The notes below the pieces were generated by a model, which did no database searches, was not told the origin of the DNA, and saw only the letters and a list, made by a program, of their open reading frames with translations. Positions 41,461-51,371 of a stretch of 61,244 nucleotides of DNA are shown in pieces. The DNA is taken from the NCBI GenBank assembly GCA_003220315.1, contig QHSA01000160.1, positions 1 to 61,244 on the forward strand. The letters are read 5' to 3'. Numbering within the stretch: the first letter of the stretch is position 1; the number at the start of each line of letters is the position of its first letter. Made by a program: the position numbers and the translations under genes. The DNA comes from Candidatus Rokuibacteriota bacterium. GTDB lineage: Bacteria; Methylomirabilota; Methylomirabilia; Rokubacteriales; CSP1-6.

Positions 41461-42744
41461 GTGCGCCTCCTGATTCGTCGGCCCCAGTGGCTTGTAGGCC
41501 TCGGTCTGGCGTTAGGTGGAGTCTCCCTCGTCGCAGCCCCAGGTGGAGCGGGTGTCCTCGACGCCTCCTGGACCGCGCCTACCGCGAATTCCGACGGAAG
41601 CCTTTTGACGGATCTGGCGTCCTATCGTGTCTACTCTGGGACGTCTAGCGTTCCCTGTCCGGGGTCCTCCTTTTTGCCGGTGCCGTCCTCGACGCCGAGC
41701 CCACCTCCCAACCAAACCGTCACCTTCAGGCTCACGGGGCTCTCCACGGGCAGTCTCTACAACGTTTCGGTCACCGCGGTGGACACGAGCGGCAATGAGA
41801 GCGCCTGTTCGGCCCCTGCGAGTGCCACCGCGCGAATCGGTTTTGCCGTGAGTCCGACCGGCACCGTGAATTTCGGGACGGTGAACTTGGGTGCCCTGGC
41901 GGACCAAGTTCTCACCGTGTCAAACACGAGCGGTGGAACCGTGTCTGGGACCGTGTCGAGCTCCGCCCCCTTCAGCGTCGTTTCCGGGAGTCCGTTCAGC
42001 CTCGTGGGCTTGGGGGCGACCCAGGCGGTGACGGTGCGCTTCACCCCGATCACATCGGCGACGGCTACGGCGAATCTCACCGCCAGCGCGGACGGAGACA
42101 CCGTCTCACGGATCCTGACCGGCACCGGCATCGTGCCGGATACGATCCCGCCGACCGTCGCGATCACCTCGCCGACCTCCGGCTCGACCTACAGCACGAG
42201 CAACCCCCTCCTGACTCTTGGGGGCACAGCGTCTGACAGCATCGGAGTGACCCAGGTGACGTGGAGGAATGGTCGTGGCGGCAGCGGGACGGCGTCTGGG
42301 ACGACGAGCTGGACGGCCAGCGGCATCGTGGTCCAGGTCGGGACGAATGAGCTCACGGTTACGGCGCGCGACGCCGCCGGCAACATCGCCACGACCGGTT
42401 TGACGGTCACGCTGGCGCCCTTTACGTTCACCGATGATCCGCTCACGGTTCAGAGCACGCCTATCCAGGCGGTGCATATCGTGGAGCTCCGCGCGGCGAT
42501 TGATATCGTCCGCATGGTCCGGGGGCTGGCGACCTTTGACTGGACTGATCCCGCGCTCACAGCGAGGACCACTCCGGTCAGCGTGATGCACCTGGTCGAG
42601 CTCCGGACCGCCCTCAACGAGGCCTATCAGGCGGCGGGTCGGACTCTCCCCACATACACTGATCTCACCCTCGTGGCTGGCGTCACCGTCATCAAGGCTC
42701 TCCACCTGAACGAGCTCCGTACCGCCGTCCGCGCCCTCGAGTGA
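41461..42744 (+). CDS. Exported FN3/ASH/Ig-like protein, paralog 2
   Basis: Colinear with paralog 1; GTG at 41461 follows GAGGG and lies downstream of the sigma54 promoter. Confidence 0.82.
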   Translation: MRLLIRRPQWLVGLGLALGGVSLVAAPGGAGVLDASWTAPTANSDGSLLTDLASYRVYSGTSSVPCPGSSFLPVPSSTPSPPPNQTVTFRLTGLSTGSLYNVSVTAVDTSGNESACSAPASATARIGFAVSPTGTVNFGTVNLGALADQVLTVSNTSGGTVSGTVSSSAPFSVVSGSPFSLVGLGATQAVTVRFTPITSATATANLTASADGDTVSRILTGTGIVPDTIPPTVAITSPTSGSTYSTSNPLLTLGGTASDSIGVTQVTWRNGRGGSGTASGTTSWTASGIVVQVGTNELTVTARDAAGNIATTGLTVTLAPFTFTDDPLTVQSTPIQAVHIVELRAAIDIVRMVRGLATFDWTDPALTARTTPVSVMHLVELRTALNEAYQAAGRTLPTYTDLTLVAGVTVIKALHLNELRTAVRALE

Positions 42745-42769
42745 AGAGCCGTAGAAGTGCTGTGGCTGG

Positions 42770-44851
42770 CTACTTCAGTTGGGCCAGGGCTTCTTGGGCC
42801 TCCGCTTTGCCGACAAAGGTCGTTCGAGCCGCAGCCGCTACGGCCAGGCTCTTTTTCGCAGCCTCCTTGTCCCCAGCTTTCAGCGAGGCCATCCCGACGT
42901 GGTACTGGACCTCCGGGCTCTCAGGAAGCTTCGCGGCGCTCTCCTTCAGGAGCGTGAGTGCCCGCTGGTAGACACCTCGGTGGTACAGGATCCATCCCAA
43001 GGTATCTGAGACATGTGGATCGTCGGGAGCCACTTCCTTGGCCGTCTGGGCCAACTGGAGGGCCCTTTGTTTGTCACCGCCATGCGCAGCGAGGAGGTAG
43101 GCGAGGTTGTTGGCGGCGGGGGCGAAGCGTGGATGGACGGCCAAGACCTTCTCGTACGCCGCCCGAGCGTTTGAGAGGTCGCCCCTTCTTTCGAAGATCA
43201 CCGCGGAAAGCATGAGCGCTGGCAGGCTTCGTGGATTCACCCGTATGGCACTCTCGAGTTTGGCGAGCGCCTGCTCGTCGTCGCCCCTTCGAATGTATAG
43301 CTCCCCCAGTTTGAGATAGGGGCCGACGAGGCGAGGCTGGAGTTCGAGCGCCTCTAGATAGGCTGCCTCGGCGCCTGTCAGGTCGCCCCGCACCCGGTGA
43401 GTCTCGCCAAGAAGAAGCCGGAGCTCGCCAGAGCTCGGCACGCGCGTGATCTGCCTCTGGACCCGCTCGAGCGCCACGTCAGGCTTCTCTTCAGCCAGCG
43501 CAACCGACACGAGTCGCGCCAGCGGTTCAGCGTAGGCTGGCGCCAGGGCGAGTGACGCCTCGAACTCCCTCTGCGCCTCGGTGCGCTTCCCCTGCGCCAG
43601 CAGACCTATCCCCACGAGATATGGCCCTCGCGGGTCCTTCGGGGCAAGTTCCACAATCTTTCGGTACGCCTCCGTCGCTTTCGCAGATTCGCGTCTGGAC
43701 AAGTACGCCGCTCCGAGGAGGAGATAGGCGCGGACCTCGCTGGGGCGGTTGGCAATCGTCTTCTGGAGGGCCTCGATCGCCGGTGCGACGGCCCCCGTTC
43801 GGATGTCGAGCTCTGCCCCCAAGAGGCCAGCTTCCGTCAGGTTCGGGTCGGTGTTCGTTGCCTCGTAGAGCTCCGCTCTCGCCTGCTGCGTGTTCCCGTC
43901 TCGAAGATGGGCTGACGCGAGGTGATAGTGCGCTGCCGCCAGCCGGGGTTCCAGCTTGAGGACCTGCTGAAAGTCCTGGATCGCCGGGGCGGTCTCGCCC
44001 TTGGCGAGGTTCATCCTCCCTCGGAGGAGGAGGCCGTTCAGGTTGGCGGGGTTCTTCTTGAGGATCACGTGAAGGGCCTTGGCAGACTCGTCATACTGGC
44101 CCTCGGCGAGGGAGACCTCGGCGACCCGGTGCCACGCCGGAAGAAACTCGGGAGCCTTCTGAGTGATTTCTCCCAAGAGCTGCTTCCCTTCGGCAGACCT
44201 ACCCGTCTGAAGATAAAAATTGGCGAGGATGAGTTGAGCGAGATGAGCCTCGACCGACTTCGGCTCGTTCGTGACCGCTTCCCTGAAGGCGCTCTCGGCC
44301 GCCACGAGATCCTGCTGGCGGAGGTAGAGGCTCCCGAGTGCGAGATGGAGCTTTGTTCGGTCCGTGACGTCGCGTCGCGCCTCTTCCAGGCGCCGGATCG
44401 CTGCCGTGATCTCCTGCGGGGTGCGCGCGACCCCCCCCAAAACGGCCAAGGCCTCGACGTTTCTTGGGTCCTGTTCGAGGATGAGCGCCGCTTCACGCTG
44501 GGCCTCTGCTGGCCGGCCTCCCAAGAGGTAGATCGCTGCCAGCTTCTGTCGCACCTCGACGTTCGTGGGGTCGAGCCCGTGAGACTTCTCTAGATAGTCG
44601 AACGCCGATCCCGCCTCTCCGAGCTGGTAATGAGCCAGCCCCAGCTGGCGAATGACCCGGACGTTGGCGGGCTCAACGCGGAGGACGTTGCGGTATTCGA
44701 TGATGGCTTCCCGGTATTGTCCCCGCGCAAAGTACTTGTCGCCGCGGTCGAGATGACGGGCCTTCTGAGCCTCCGGCGACCGCGCGCACCCGGCCACCGC
44801 GACCAGGACGGCCAAGACACACACGACCCAGCCGCGGGATGTTCGAGACAT
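42770..44851 (-). CDS. TPR-repeat lipoprotein (PrsT-like)
   Basis: Lipobox VAGC; many TPRs; AANNLAYL, DTLGWILY..G, YHVGMA. Confidence 0.85.
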   Translation of the reverse strand: MSRTSRGWVVCVLAVLVAVAGCARSPEAQKARHLDRGDKYFARGQYREAIIEYRNVLRVEPANVRVIRQLGLAHYQLGEAGSAFDYLEKSHGLDPTNVEVRQKLAAIYLLGGRPAEAQREAALILEQDPRNVEALAVLGGVARTPQEITAAIRRLEEARRDVTDRTKLHLALGSLYLRQQDLVAAESAFREAVTNEPKSVEAHLAQLILANFYLQTGRSAEGKQLLGEITQKAPEFLPAWHRVAEVSLAEGQYDESAKALHVILKKNPANLNGLLLRGRMNLAKGETAPAIQDFQQVLKLEPRLAAAHYHLASAHLRDGNTQQARAELYEATNTDPNLTEAGLLGAELDIRTGAVAPAIEALQKTIANRPSEVRAYLLLGAAYLSRRESAKATEAYRKIVELAPKDPRGPYLVGIGLLAQGKRTEAQREFEASLALAPAYAEPLARLVSVALAEEKPDVALERVQRQITRVPSSGELRLLLGETHRVRGDLTGAEAAYLEALELQPRLVGPYLKLGELYIRRGDDEQALAKLESAIRVNPRSLPALMLSAVIFERRGDLSNARAAYEKVLAVHPRFAPAANNLAYLLAAHGGDKQRALQLAQTAKEVAPDDPHVSDTLGWILYHRGVYQRALTLLKESAAKLPESPEVQYHVGMASLKAGDKEAAKKSLAVAAAARTTFVGKAEAQEALAQLK

Positions 44852-44870
44852 TCCAATCTCCATACGCCGG

Positions 44871-45920
44871 TCAGGAGGCTCGGCGAGCCGCTGCTGCACT
44901 CTGCCTCGCCTTCAGCCGTTGGTCCTTTTGCGCGCACATGTACAAGAGCCAATTCCGATACACGCGGACCGCTGCCGAACGCCACGGACTCGTCACTCGT
45001 TCCCCCGCCAGGGCAGTCGGGAACTGCGCGAGCAGCTCCTCACGCCGATCCAACAGCGCTCGCTCTCGCACGGCGGTCAATGCGTCGACGGTCTCTTCGT
45101 CGAAGTAGCCCTGCGGCATCGGCGGGTAGGTTTCTCGCTCGCACCTGAGGAAGCGCCCGATATCTCGGCGATATTCGAGCAACAATGTATTCGCTTCGTA
45201 TTCCGGGTGGCCCTGGAAAAAGACGAACAAGCTCTTTGTCTGCTTCACGAACGCGTCGACGCCCGCATGCTCCGACCGCGTGAGCACCCGATAGCCGCTC
45301 GAGGTCAGGGCGTCCTCCGGTAGGTCGTTCCACCTGGAATGAGGCATCGGCAGTCGAGCCGGCGCGGCGGCCATCAACGGGTGATCCGAGACCCGCGCGT
45401 ACTCGAAGACGCCGAAGCGCTTGTCGCTGAGCTTACGTCGGTCGATGCCATCCATGTGGAGCAGGGCGGCGTGCGCGGCTAAGCAGGACCAGACGGTCGA
45501 ATGGGTGTTGTGCTCGGCCCACTCCAGGACCCGTATCAGGCTCTCCCAGTATGGCTCGTCCTTCAGGTTCGGCGCCTTCGGCTCTGTTCCGGTCACGATG
45601 AGGCCGTCGAGATGGCTGTCCCACAGATCGTCGACGCCGGAATAGGCGCCCCTCACATGGCGTCGGCCCGCATCCGTTCGCGGCACATCCGGCAACGTAT
45701 AGAACGTCAGGCGGACCACCATGCCGTCGGCCGCCGCATCGAGGAGGGTGAGAAACTGCCGTTCGGTCGCCTTCAATGCCGCGTCGGGCATGTTGTTGAT
45801 GAGGCCGATATCGATGCAGTTCGCGTCGGATTCACGGAACTCGACCGGCGGGTTCCCGCGCAGGCATTCCGCTCCCGCCACCGTCATCAGGCCGAAAGAT
45901 GGCTGACGGTCTTCGGTCAT
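44871..45920 (-). CDS. Homoserine O-acyltransferase (MetA/HTS-like), divergent
   Basis: GLINNMPD....TERQF, DGLIVTG, PYW, SCLAAHA, PHSRWN, QGHPEY, W. Confidence 0.85.
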   Translation of the reverse strand: MTEDRQPSFGLMTVAGAECLRGNPPVEFRESDANCIDIGLINNMPDAALKATERQFLTLLDAAADGMVVRLTFYTLPDVPRTDAGRRHVRGAYSGVDDLWDSHLDGLIVTGTEPKAPNLKDEPYWESLIRVLEWAEHNTHSTVWSCLAAHAALLHMDGIDRRKLSDKRFGVFEYARVSDHPLMAAAPARLPMPHSRWNDLPEDALTSSGYRVLTRSEHAGVDAFVKQTKSLFVFFQGHPEYEANTLLLEYRRDIGRFLRCERETYPPMPQGYFDEETVDALTAVRERALLDRREELLAQFPTALAGERVTSPWRSAAVRVYRNWLLYMCAQKDQRLKARQSAAAARRAS

Positions 45921-46108
45921 AGGCCTGCTCCTTGGGAGCTGGAGCCTCCCGCCCAACACGCTACGCATAAACACCACCGGGGAGAAGTGACGCACATCTC
46001 GTGCCGAGCTCCGAAATGACGGGAAGTTCGAGGCCTAGACGCTCTTGGGTGCGATCAGGACTGCGGGAGTGTGAAAAGTTCTGTCAGAACAGTGTGAAGC
46101 CGGTTTCC
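45915..46108 (-). repeat. Duplicated sigma54 promoter plus leader module, copy A
   Basis: CGGCACGAGATGTGC at 46006-45992; alignable along its length with 56654-56847. Confidence 0.85.
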
Positions 46109-47388
46109 TAATCTGATTCCATCGCCTCGAGCGCCTGATCGAGGTCACCGATGATGTCCTCGACGTGTTCGATGCCGACGTTGAGCCGAATCATCTCGGG
46201 CCTCACCCCGGCCTGGCGTTGTTGGTCCACCGACATCTGCCGATGGGTCGTCGAGGCCGGATGGCAGGCCAGCGATTTGGCGTCGCCCATATTGACGAGC
46301 CGCTTGATCAGCTTGAGCGCGTCGTAGAACTTCTTGCTGGCCTCGAAGCCGCCCTTGATCCCGAAGGTCAGCAGCGAGCAGGCCCGCCCGCCGAGATATT
46401 TCTGCGCGAGCGCGTGATAGGGGCTGTCCGGGAAGCCCGGATAGTTGACCCACTCGACGCGGCGATCACGACGTAGAAATTCGGCGACGCGTCGGCCGTT
46501 CTCCACGTGGCGCTCGACCCGCAGCGCCACTGTCTCGATGCCCTGCAGCAGTAGGAACGCGCTCAGCGGCGACAACACCGCGCCGGTCGTCCGCAGGTAG
46601 ACGCTGCGGCAACGCGCGATGAACGCGGCCGCCTTGAAATGGTCGACGTAGACCAGCTCGTGATACGAGGGGTCCGGCCGGCTGAACATCGGAAACTTGT
46701 CCGCGCGCTCCCGCCAGGGGAACGTGCCGCTGTCGACGATGATACCGCCCAGCGTCGTGCCGTGCCCGCCCATGAACTTCGTCAGCGAATGCACCACGAT
46801 GTCGGCGCCGTATTCGATGGGCCGCAGCAAGATGGGGGTCGCGACCGTATTGTCGACGATCAGCGGGACGCCGTGGCGATGGGCCACGCGCGCCAGCCCC
46901 TCGAGGTCGCAAATGTTGCCGGCCGGGTTCCCGACACTCTCACAGAAGACCGCCCGCGTCTGGTCATCGATCAGCTTCTCGATGGCGTCGGGCTGATCCG
47001 ACTCGGCAAAGCGGACCGTGACGCCCTGACGGGGCAGCAGGTGCGCGAACAGGGTGTGCGTGGTGCCGTACAGCTGCGGCACCGAGACGAGGTTGCTGCC
47101 GAGCTCGGTCAGGTTGAGCACCGCATACGTGAGCGCCGCTTGCCCGCTGCTCACGCAGAGCGCTTCCAGCCCGCCCTCGAGGGCGGCCACGCGCCGCTCC
47201 AGCACCGCGTTGGTCGGGTTGCCGATCCGCGTGTAGCGAAACCCCTCGACCTCGAGATTGAACAGGGCCGCCCCATGGTCGGCGCTGTCGAAGGCATACG
47301 CGACGGTCTGATAGATCGGGACGGCCACGGCCTTCGTCGTCGGGTCGACGTCGTAGCCGCTGTGAATGGCCATCGTCTCGCGTCTCAT
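46108..47388 (-). CDS. O-acylhomoserine sulfhydrylase (MetY-like)
   Basis: VPIYQT, YTRIGNPT, ESVGNP, VDNT, HSLTKFMGGHG (PLP Lys), HPASTTHRQ. Confidence 0.9.
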   Translation of the reverse strand: MRRETMAIHSGYDVDPTTKAVAVPIYQTVAYAFDSADHGAALFNLEVEGFRYTRIGNPTNAVLERRVAALEGGLEALCVSSGQAALTYAVLNLTELGSNLVSVPQLYGTTHTLFAHLLPRQGVTVRFAESDQPDAIEKLIDDQTRAVFCESVGNPAGNICDLEGLARVAHRHGVPLIVDNTVATPILLRPIEYGADIVVHSLTKFMGGHGTTLGGIIVDSGTFPWRERADKFPMFSRPDPSYHELVYVDHFKAAAFIARCRSVYLRTTGAVLSPLSAFLLLQGIETVALRVERHVENGRRVAEFLRRDRRVEWVNYPGFPDSPYHALAQKYLGGRACSLLTFGIKGGFEASKKFYDALKLIKRLVNMGDAKSLACHPASTTHRQMSVDQQRQAGVRPEMIRLNVGIEHVEDIIGDLDQALEAMESD

Positions 47389-47402
47389 GTGTGGTTTCCC
47401 CC

Positions 47403-48761
47403 CTACGTGAGCCGGCCCATCTCGCGCACCACCCACTCGATGTCCGACTCGGTCGTCCGGAAACTGGTGATGCACGCCCGCACGACCGGGGCGCCCGCGC
47501 CGAGCCGGACCTGCGACATCCACGCGATCTGGCGCTCATAGAGGGCCGCCACGAACGTGGCGGGGTCGAGGCCCTCCCGGGTGAAGCACACCACCGGCAG
47601 CGGCGTCGTGTTGACGACCCGCCACCCTGCGCGCCGGAGCGCCGCTCGCAGCACGTCGCCCATCCGCGCCTGGTGCTCGATCATCTCCACGTACCCCGCT
47701 TCGCCCCGCTCCGCGAGCGCCAGGAAGAGCTTGAGGCCGATAAACCGCCGGGACCACTGTACGGACGTCGTGTACGGATCCACCACCGGCCCGACCGTCT
47801 TCCCCGGCATGTACGAGGTCTCCGCGCGGAAGGCCGCGCCGACGGCCTCGGGATGCCGGCAGAAGAACATCCCCGCGGCCATCGGCACCGAAAACCATTT
47901 GTGCGCGTCGCACGTGATCGAATCCGCGGCCTCGATCCCCGCCAGATGGCCCCGCAGGCGCGGCGAGAGGATGGCGGCCCCGCCCCACGCCGCATCGACG
48001 TGCAACCACAGCCCCTCCGCCCGGCAGAACCGCGCCAGCTCCGGCAAGGGATCGATCACCCCGGCGCCCGTGGTCCCCACCGTCCCGACCACCATGAAGG
48101 GCGCCAACCCCTCGTGACGATCCTCGGCGACTCGTCGGGCGAGATCACCAAGATCCATCTGCAGCTGGCCGTCCGTCCCGACCGTGCGGACCGCCCGGCG
48201 CCCGAGCCCCGCCATGTGCGCGACCTTGTTGAACGAGTGATGGGCCTCCCCCGTCAGGTAGATCGTCGGCGCAGCCCCGAGCCGCCCCAGCCCGTGTTCG
48301 CCGTACTCCGGGAAGGCCCGGGTCAACGCCACGATGACCGCCGAGAGATTCGCCTCCGCCCCGCCGCTCGTGAAGCTCGCGCTCGCCCCGGCGGGCAGGC
48401 CGAACTTCCCCCCGAGCCACGCCAGGGTGTGGCGTTCGATCTCGTTCGCCGCGGGCGAGGTCCGCCAGGTCGCGAGCTGCGGGTTGTACATCGCGACCAG
48501 CGTGTCCCCGATGATCGACGCCAGTGTCACGCTCGGGTTGAACAAGCCGAAGTAGCGCGGATGGGTGACCTGCACCTGCCACGTGCGTAACATCCCTTCG
48601 ACATCGGCGGCGACCTCGTCGAGCGCCAGCGGCGTCGTGAAGTCATAGCGCGAGGCGAGATAGCCCCGAATCTCCTGCGGCGTCACCGTCGGGACGATCG
48701 GCCCGCTCGCGATGGCGGATTCGAGTTTGGCCACAGCACTCCGGAGCTCATCGAACATCAT
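47403..48761 (-). CDS. PLP-dependent group II amino-acid decarboxylase
   Basis: HPRYFG, FTSGGAEAN, AHHS..K, GTT..G..DP, HVDAAWGG, DAHKW, QWSRR. Confidence 0.9.
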   Translation of the reverse strand: MMFDELRSAVAKLESAIASGPIVPTVTPQEIRGYLASRYDFTTPLALDEVAADVEGMLRTWQVQVTHPRYFGLFNPSVTLASIIGDTLVAMYNPQLATWRTSPAANEIERHTLAWLGGKFGLPAGASASFTSGGAEANLSAVIVALTRAFPEYGEHGLGRLGAAPTIYLTGEAHHSFNKVAHMAGLGRRAVRTVGTDGQLQMDLGDLARRVAEDRHEGLAPFMVVGTVGTTGAGVIDPLPELARFCRAEGLWLHVDAAWGGAAILSPRLRGHLAGIEAADSITCDAHKWFSVPMAAGMFFCRHPEAVGAAFRAETSYMPGKTVGPVVDPYTTSVQWSRRFIGLKLFLALAERGEAGYVEMIEHQARMGDVLRAALRRAGWRVVNTTPLPVVCFTREGLDPATFVAALYERQIAWMSQVRLGAGAPVVRACITSFRTTESDIEWVVREMGRLT

Positions 48762-48833
48762 GTCCCGGTCCCTTCACACCGCACATCGGAAATGCGGGGT
48801 CGATCGTTGAGATAATGGTATAAAACATCAGCG

Positions 48834-50612
48834 ATGAGCGATCGTTCCGCCGCCCAGGCGTGGTTGCGCGCGCTCGAGCTCACGGCGCGGATCCCCAAGC
48901 ATCCTCATCGCATCTTATCGACAGTGATCGAGGAACTCGCCGAAAAATTCGGCGAGGCGCCCGCCCTTCTCTCCGACCGTGAGTGCCTGACCTATCGCGC
49001 GCTCGCGGAGCGGTCGAACCGATATGCGCGCTGGGCGCTCGAGCAGGGTCTCGCCAAGGGCGACGCCGTCTGTCTCTTCATGCCGAACCGGCCCGAGTAC
49101 ATGGCAATCTGGCTCGGCATCACCCGCGTCGGCGGTATCGTCTCGCTCCTCAATACCAATCTCGCCGGTCCCTCGCTCGCGCACTGCATCAATACCGTCG
49201 GGCCCACGCACGTCATCGCGGCTGCGGAGCTCGTCGATCCGTTGACCACCGCGCTGTCGGACCTTGCGGGTGCCCCGTCGATCTGGGCCCACGGCGCCGG
49301 CCGCCACGAATTCCCGCGGATCGATCGCGACGTCGAACGACACGCGGGCGAGGCGCTGCGCGAGGCCGAGCGCCGGCCACTGACCATCGAGGATCGGGCG
49401 CTCTACATTTATACCTCGGGCACAACCGGGCTGCCCAAGGCCGCCAACGTCAGCCATGCCCGGCTGATGCAATGGAGCCACTGGTTCGCCGGCATGATGG
49501 ACATCCAGTCGAGCGACCGGATGTACAACTGCCTGCCGATGTATCACAGCGTCGGCGGCGTGCTCGCCACCGGCGCGGTGCTGGTCGGTGGCGGCTCGGT
49601 GGTGATCCGCGAAAAGTTTTCCGCACGCCAAGCCTGGAACGATGTCATCCGCTGGGACTGCACCCTGTTCCAGTATATCGGCGAGCTGTGTCGCTACCTG
49701 CTGCACAGCGAGCGCCAGCCGCACGAGACGGAGCACCGGATCAGGATGTGCTGTGGCAACGGGCTGCGGCCCGACGTGTGGGACGAGTTCAAGCGGCGCT
49801 TCCGCATTCCACAGATTCTGGAGTTCTACGCCGCGACCGAGGGTAACGTCTCGATGTTCAACATCGAAGGCAAACCCGGCGCCATCGGCCGCATTCCACC
49901 GTTTCTCGCGCATCGATTTCCGGCCGCGCTCGTGAAATTCGACGTCGAAAGAGGGGAGCCGGTCCGCACCGAGCAGGGCCTGTGCATCCGCTGCGGTCCC
50001 ACCGAGATCGGAGAAGCGATCGGCAAGATTCTCAACAACCCCTCGAGCGTCGGCAGCCGGTTCGAGGGCTACACCAGCCCGGAGGCGTCCGAGCGGAAGA
50101 TCCTTCGTAACGTGTTCGAACCGGGAGACGCTTGGTTTCGCACCGGCGACCTGATGCGAAAGGACGAGCATGGCTATTTCTATTTCGTCGACCGTATCGG
50201 CGACACCTTTCGCTGGAAGGGTGAGAATGTCGCGACCTCCGAGGTGTCAGAGGCGATCTGCGCGTTTCCCGGCGTCACGGCGGCCAACGTCTACGGCGTG
50301 GCCATCCCGGGCACCGACGGCCGGGCGGGTATGGCCGCGCTCGTCACCGACGGTGAGCTCGATCTCGCAGCACTCCGGATCCACTTGATCGACCGCCTGC
50401 CCGGCTACGCGCGTCCGTTGTTCCTGCGCATCCGGAGCGAGATGGAGGTGACCACCACCTTCAAGCACACGAAGGATGCCTTTGTGCGTCAAGGCTACGA
50501 TCCGACCGCCACCACCGACGTCATCTATGCTGACGACCGCGAACGCGACTCATTCGTCCGACTCGACAAGGCCCTCTACGACCGCATCCAAAGCGGTCAG
50601 ATCCGTTTCTGA
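48834..50612 (+). CDS. Long-chain acyl-CoA synthetase (FATP/FadD6-like)
   Basis: YIYTSGTTGLPKAA, YIGELCRYL, FYAATEGN, WFRTGD, DRIGDTFRWKGENV. Confidence 0.92.
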   Translation: MSDRSAAQAWLRALELTARIPKHPHRILSTVIEELAEKFGEAPALLSDRECLTYRALAERSNRYARWALEQGLAKGDAVCLFMPNRPEYMAIWLGITRVGGIVSLLNTNLAGPSLAHCINTVGPTHVIAAAELVDPLTTALSDLAGAPSIWAHGAGRHEFPRIDRDVERHAGEALREAERRPLTIEDRALYIYTSGTTGLPKAANVSHARLMQWSHWFAGMMDIQSSDRMYNCLPMYHSVGGVLATGAVLVGGGSVVIREKFSARQAWNDVIRWDCTLFQYIGELCRYLLHSERQPHETEHRIRMCCGNGLRPDVWDEFKRRFRIPQILEFYAATEGNVSMFNIEGKPGAIGRIPPFLAHRFPAALVKFDVERGEPVRTEQGLCIRCGPTEIGEAIGKILNNPSSVGSRFEGYTSPEASERKILRNVFEPGDAWFRTGDLMRKDEHGYFYFVDRIGDTFRWKGENVATSEVSEAICAFPGVTAANVYGVAIPGTDGRAGMAALVTDGELDLAALRIHLIDRLPGYARPLFLRIRSEMEVTTTFKHTKDAFVRQGYDPTATTDVIYADDRERDSFVRLDKALYDRIQSGQIRF

Positions 50613-50636
50613 TCGGCATCCGACGGTCCGGCGGCC

Positions 50637-51371
50637 TCAGGCGGTGCTGCCGGCGTCGACCGTCAGGACGGTCCCTGTGATGCTTTTCGCCTTCTCGCCG
50701 AGGAGGAACTCGACGGCGCTGGCCACGTCGTCGATGTCGGGAAGACGCCGAAGCGCACTGCGACGCGCGATCTGCTCCCGTTGCTCGCCGTCGAGCCCCT
50801 GAGTCATCTCGGTGTCCATAAAGCCGGGCGCGACCGAATTCACGTTGACGCCCATGCGCCCGACCTCTCGCGCAAGCGATCGAGTGAAGCCGATCATCGA
50901 CGCCTTGGTCGCACCGTACACCGAAAGTCCACTGTATCCCGTGAACCCGATGATCGATGACACATTCACGACGCGCCCGCCGCCATCGGCCATCATATGG
51001 CGAACGACATATTTGGTCAGGATGATCGGCGAGAGCGTGTTCACGCGAATCAGGCGCTCGATCTGAGAGTTGTGCATGATCGCCAGCGCGCCGTCGAAAC
51101 CCAGGGCCGCATTGTTGACCAAGCCGTAGATCGGCCCAAAGTCGTTGCGCAGCCTTTTGACCAACGCGGGCAGGTCTTGAATGTCGCCGAGATCGAAGGG
51201 GATGAAGTGGAGCGACCCCGGACGGGACTGTTCCACCTGCTCCATCGTGGCCGCGAGCTGGTCGCTCATCTTGCGTGCCACGGCGACCGCGCGGTACCCC
51301 TCGGCCGTGAGCCTACGGACGATGCCCAGGCCCAGTCCTCGGCTTCCACCCGTCACGATGACGTTATGCAT
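50637..51371 (-). CDS. SDR, FabG-like ketoreductase
   Basis: TGGSRGLG, NNAA, YGATK, VAPGFMDTEM. Confidence 0.9.
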   Translation of the reverse strand: MHNVIVTGGSRGLGLGIVRRLTAEGYRAVAVARKMSDQLAATMEQVEQSRPGSLHFIPFDLGDIQDLPALVKRLRNDFGPIYGLVNNAALGFDGALAIMHNSQIERLIRVNTLSPIILTKYVVRHMMADGGGRVVNVSSIIGFTGYSGLSVYGATKASMIGFTRSLAREVGRMGVNVNSVAPGFMDTEMTQGLDGEQREQIARRSALRRLPDIDDVASAVEFLLGEKAKSITGTVLTVDAGSTA

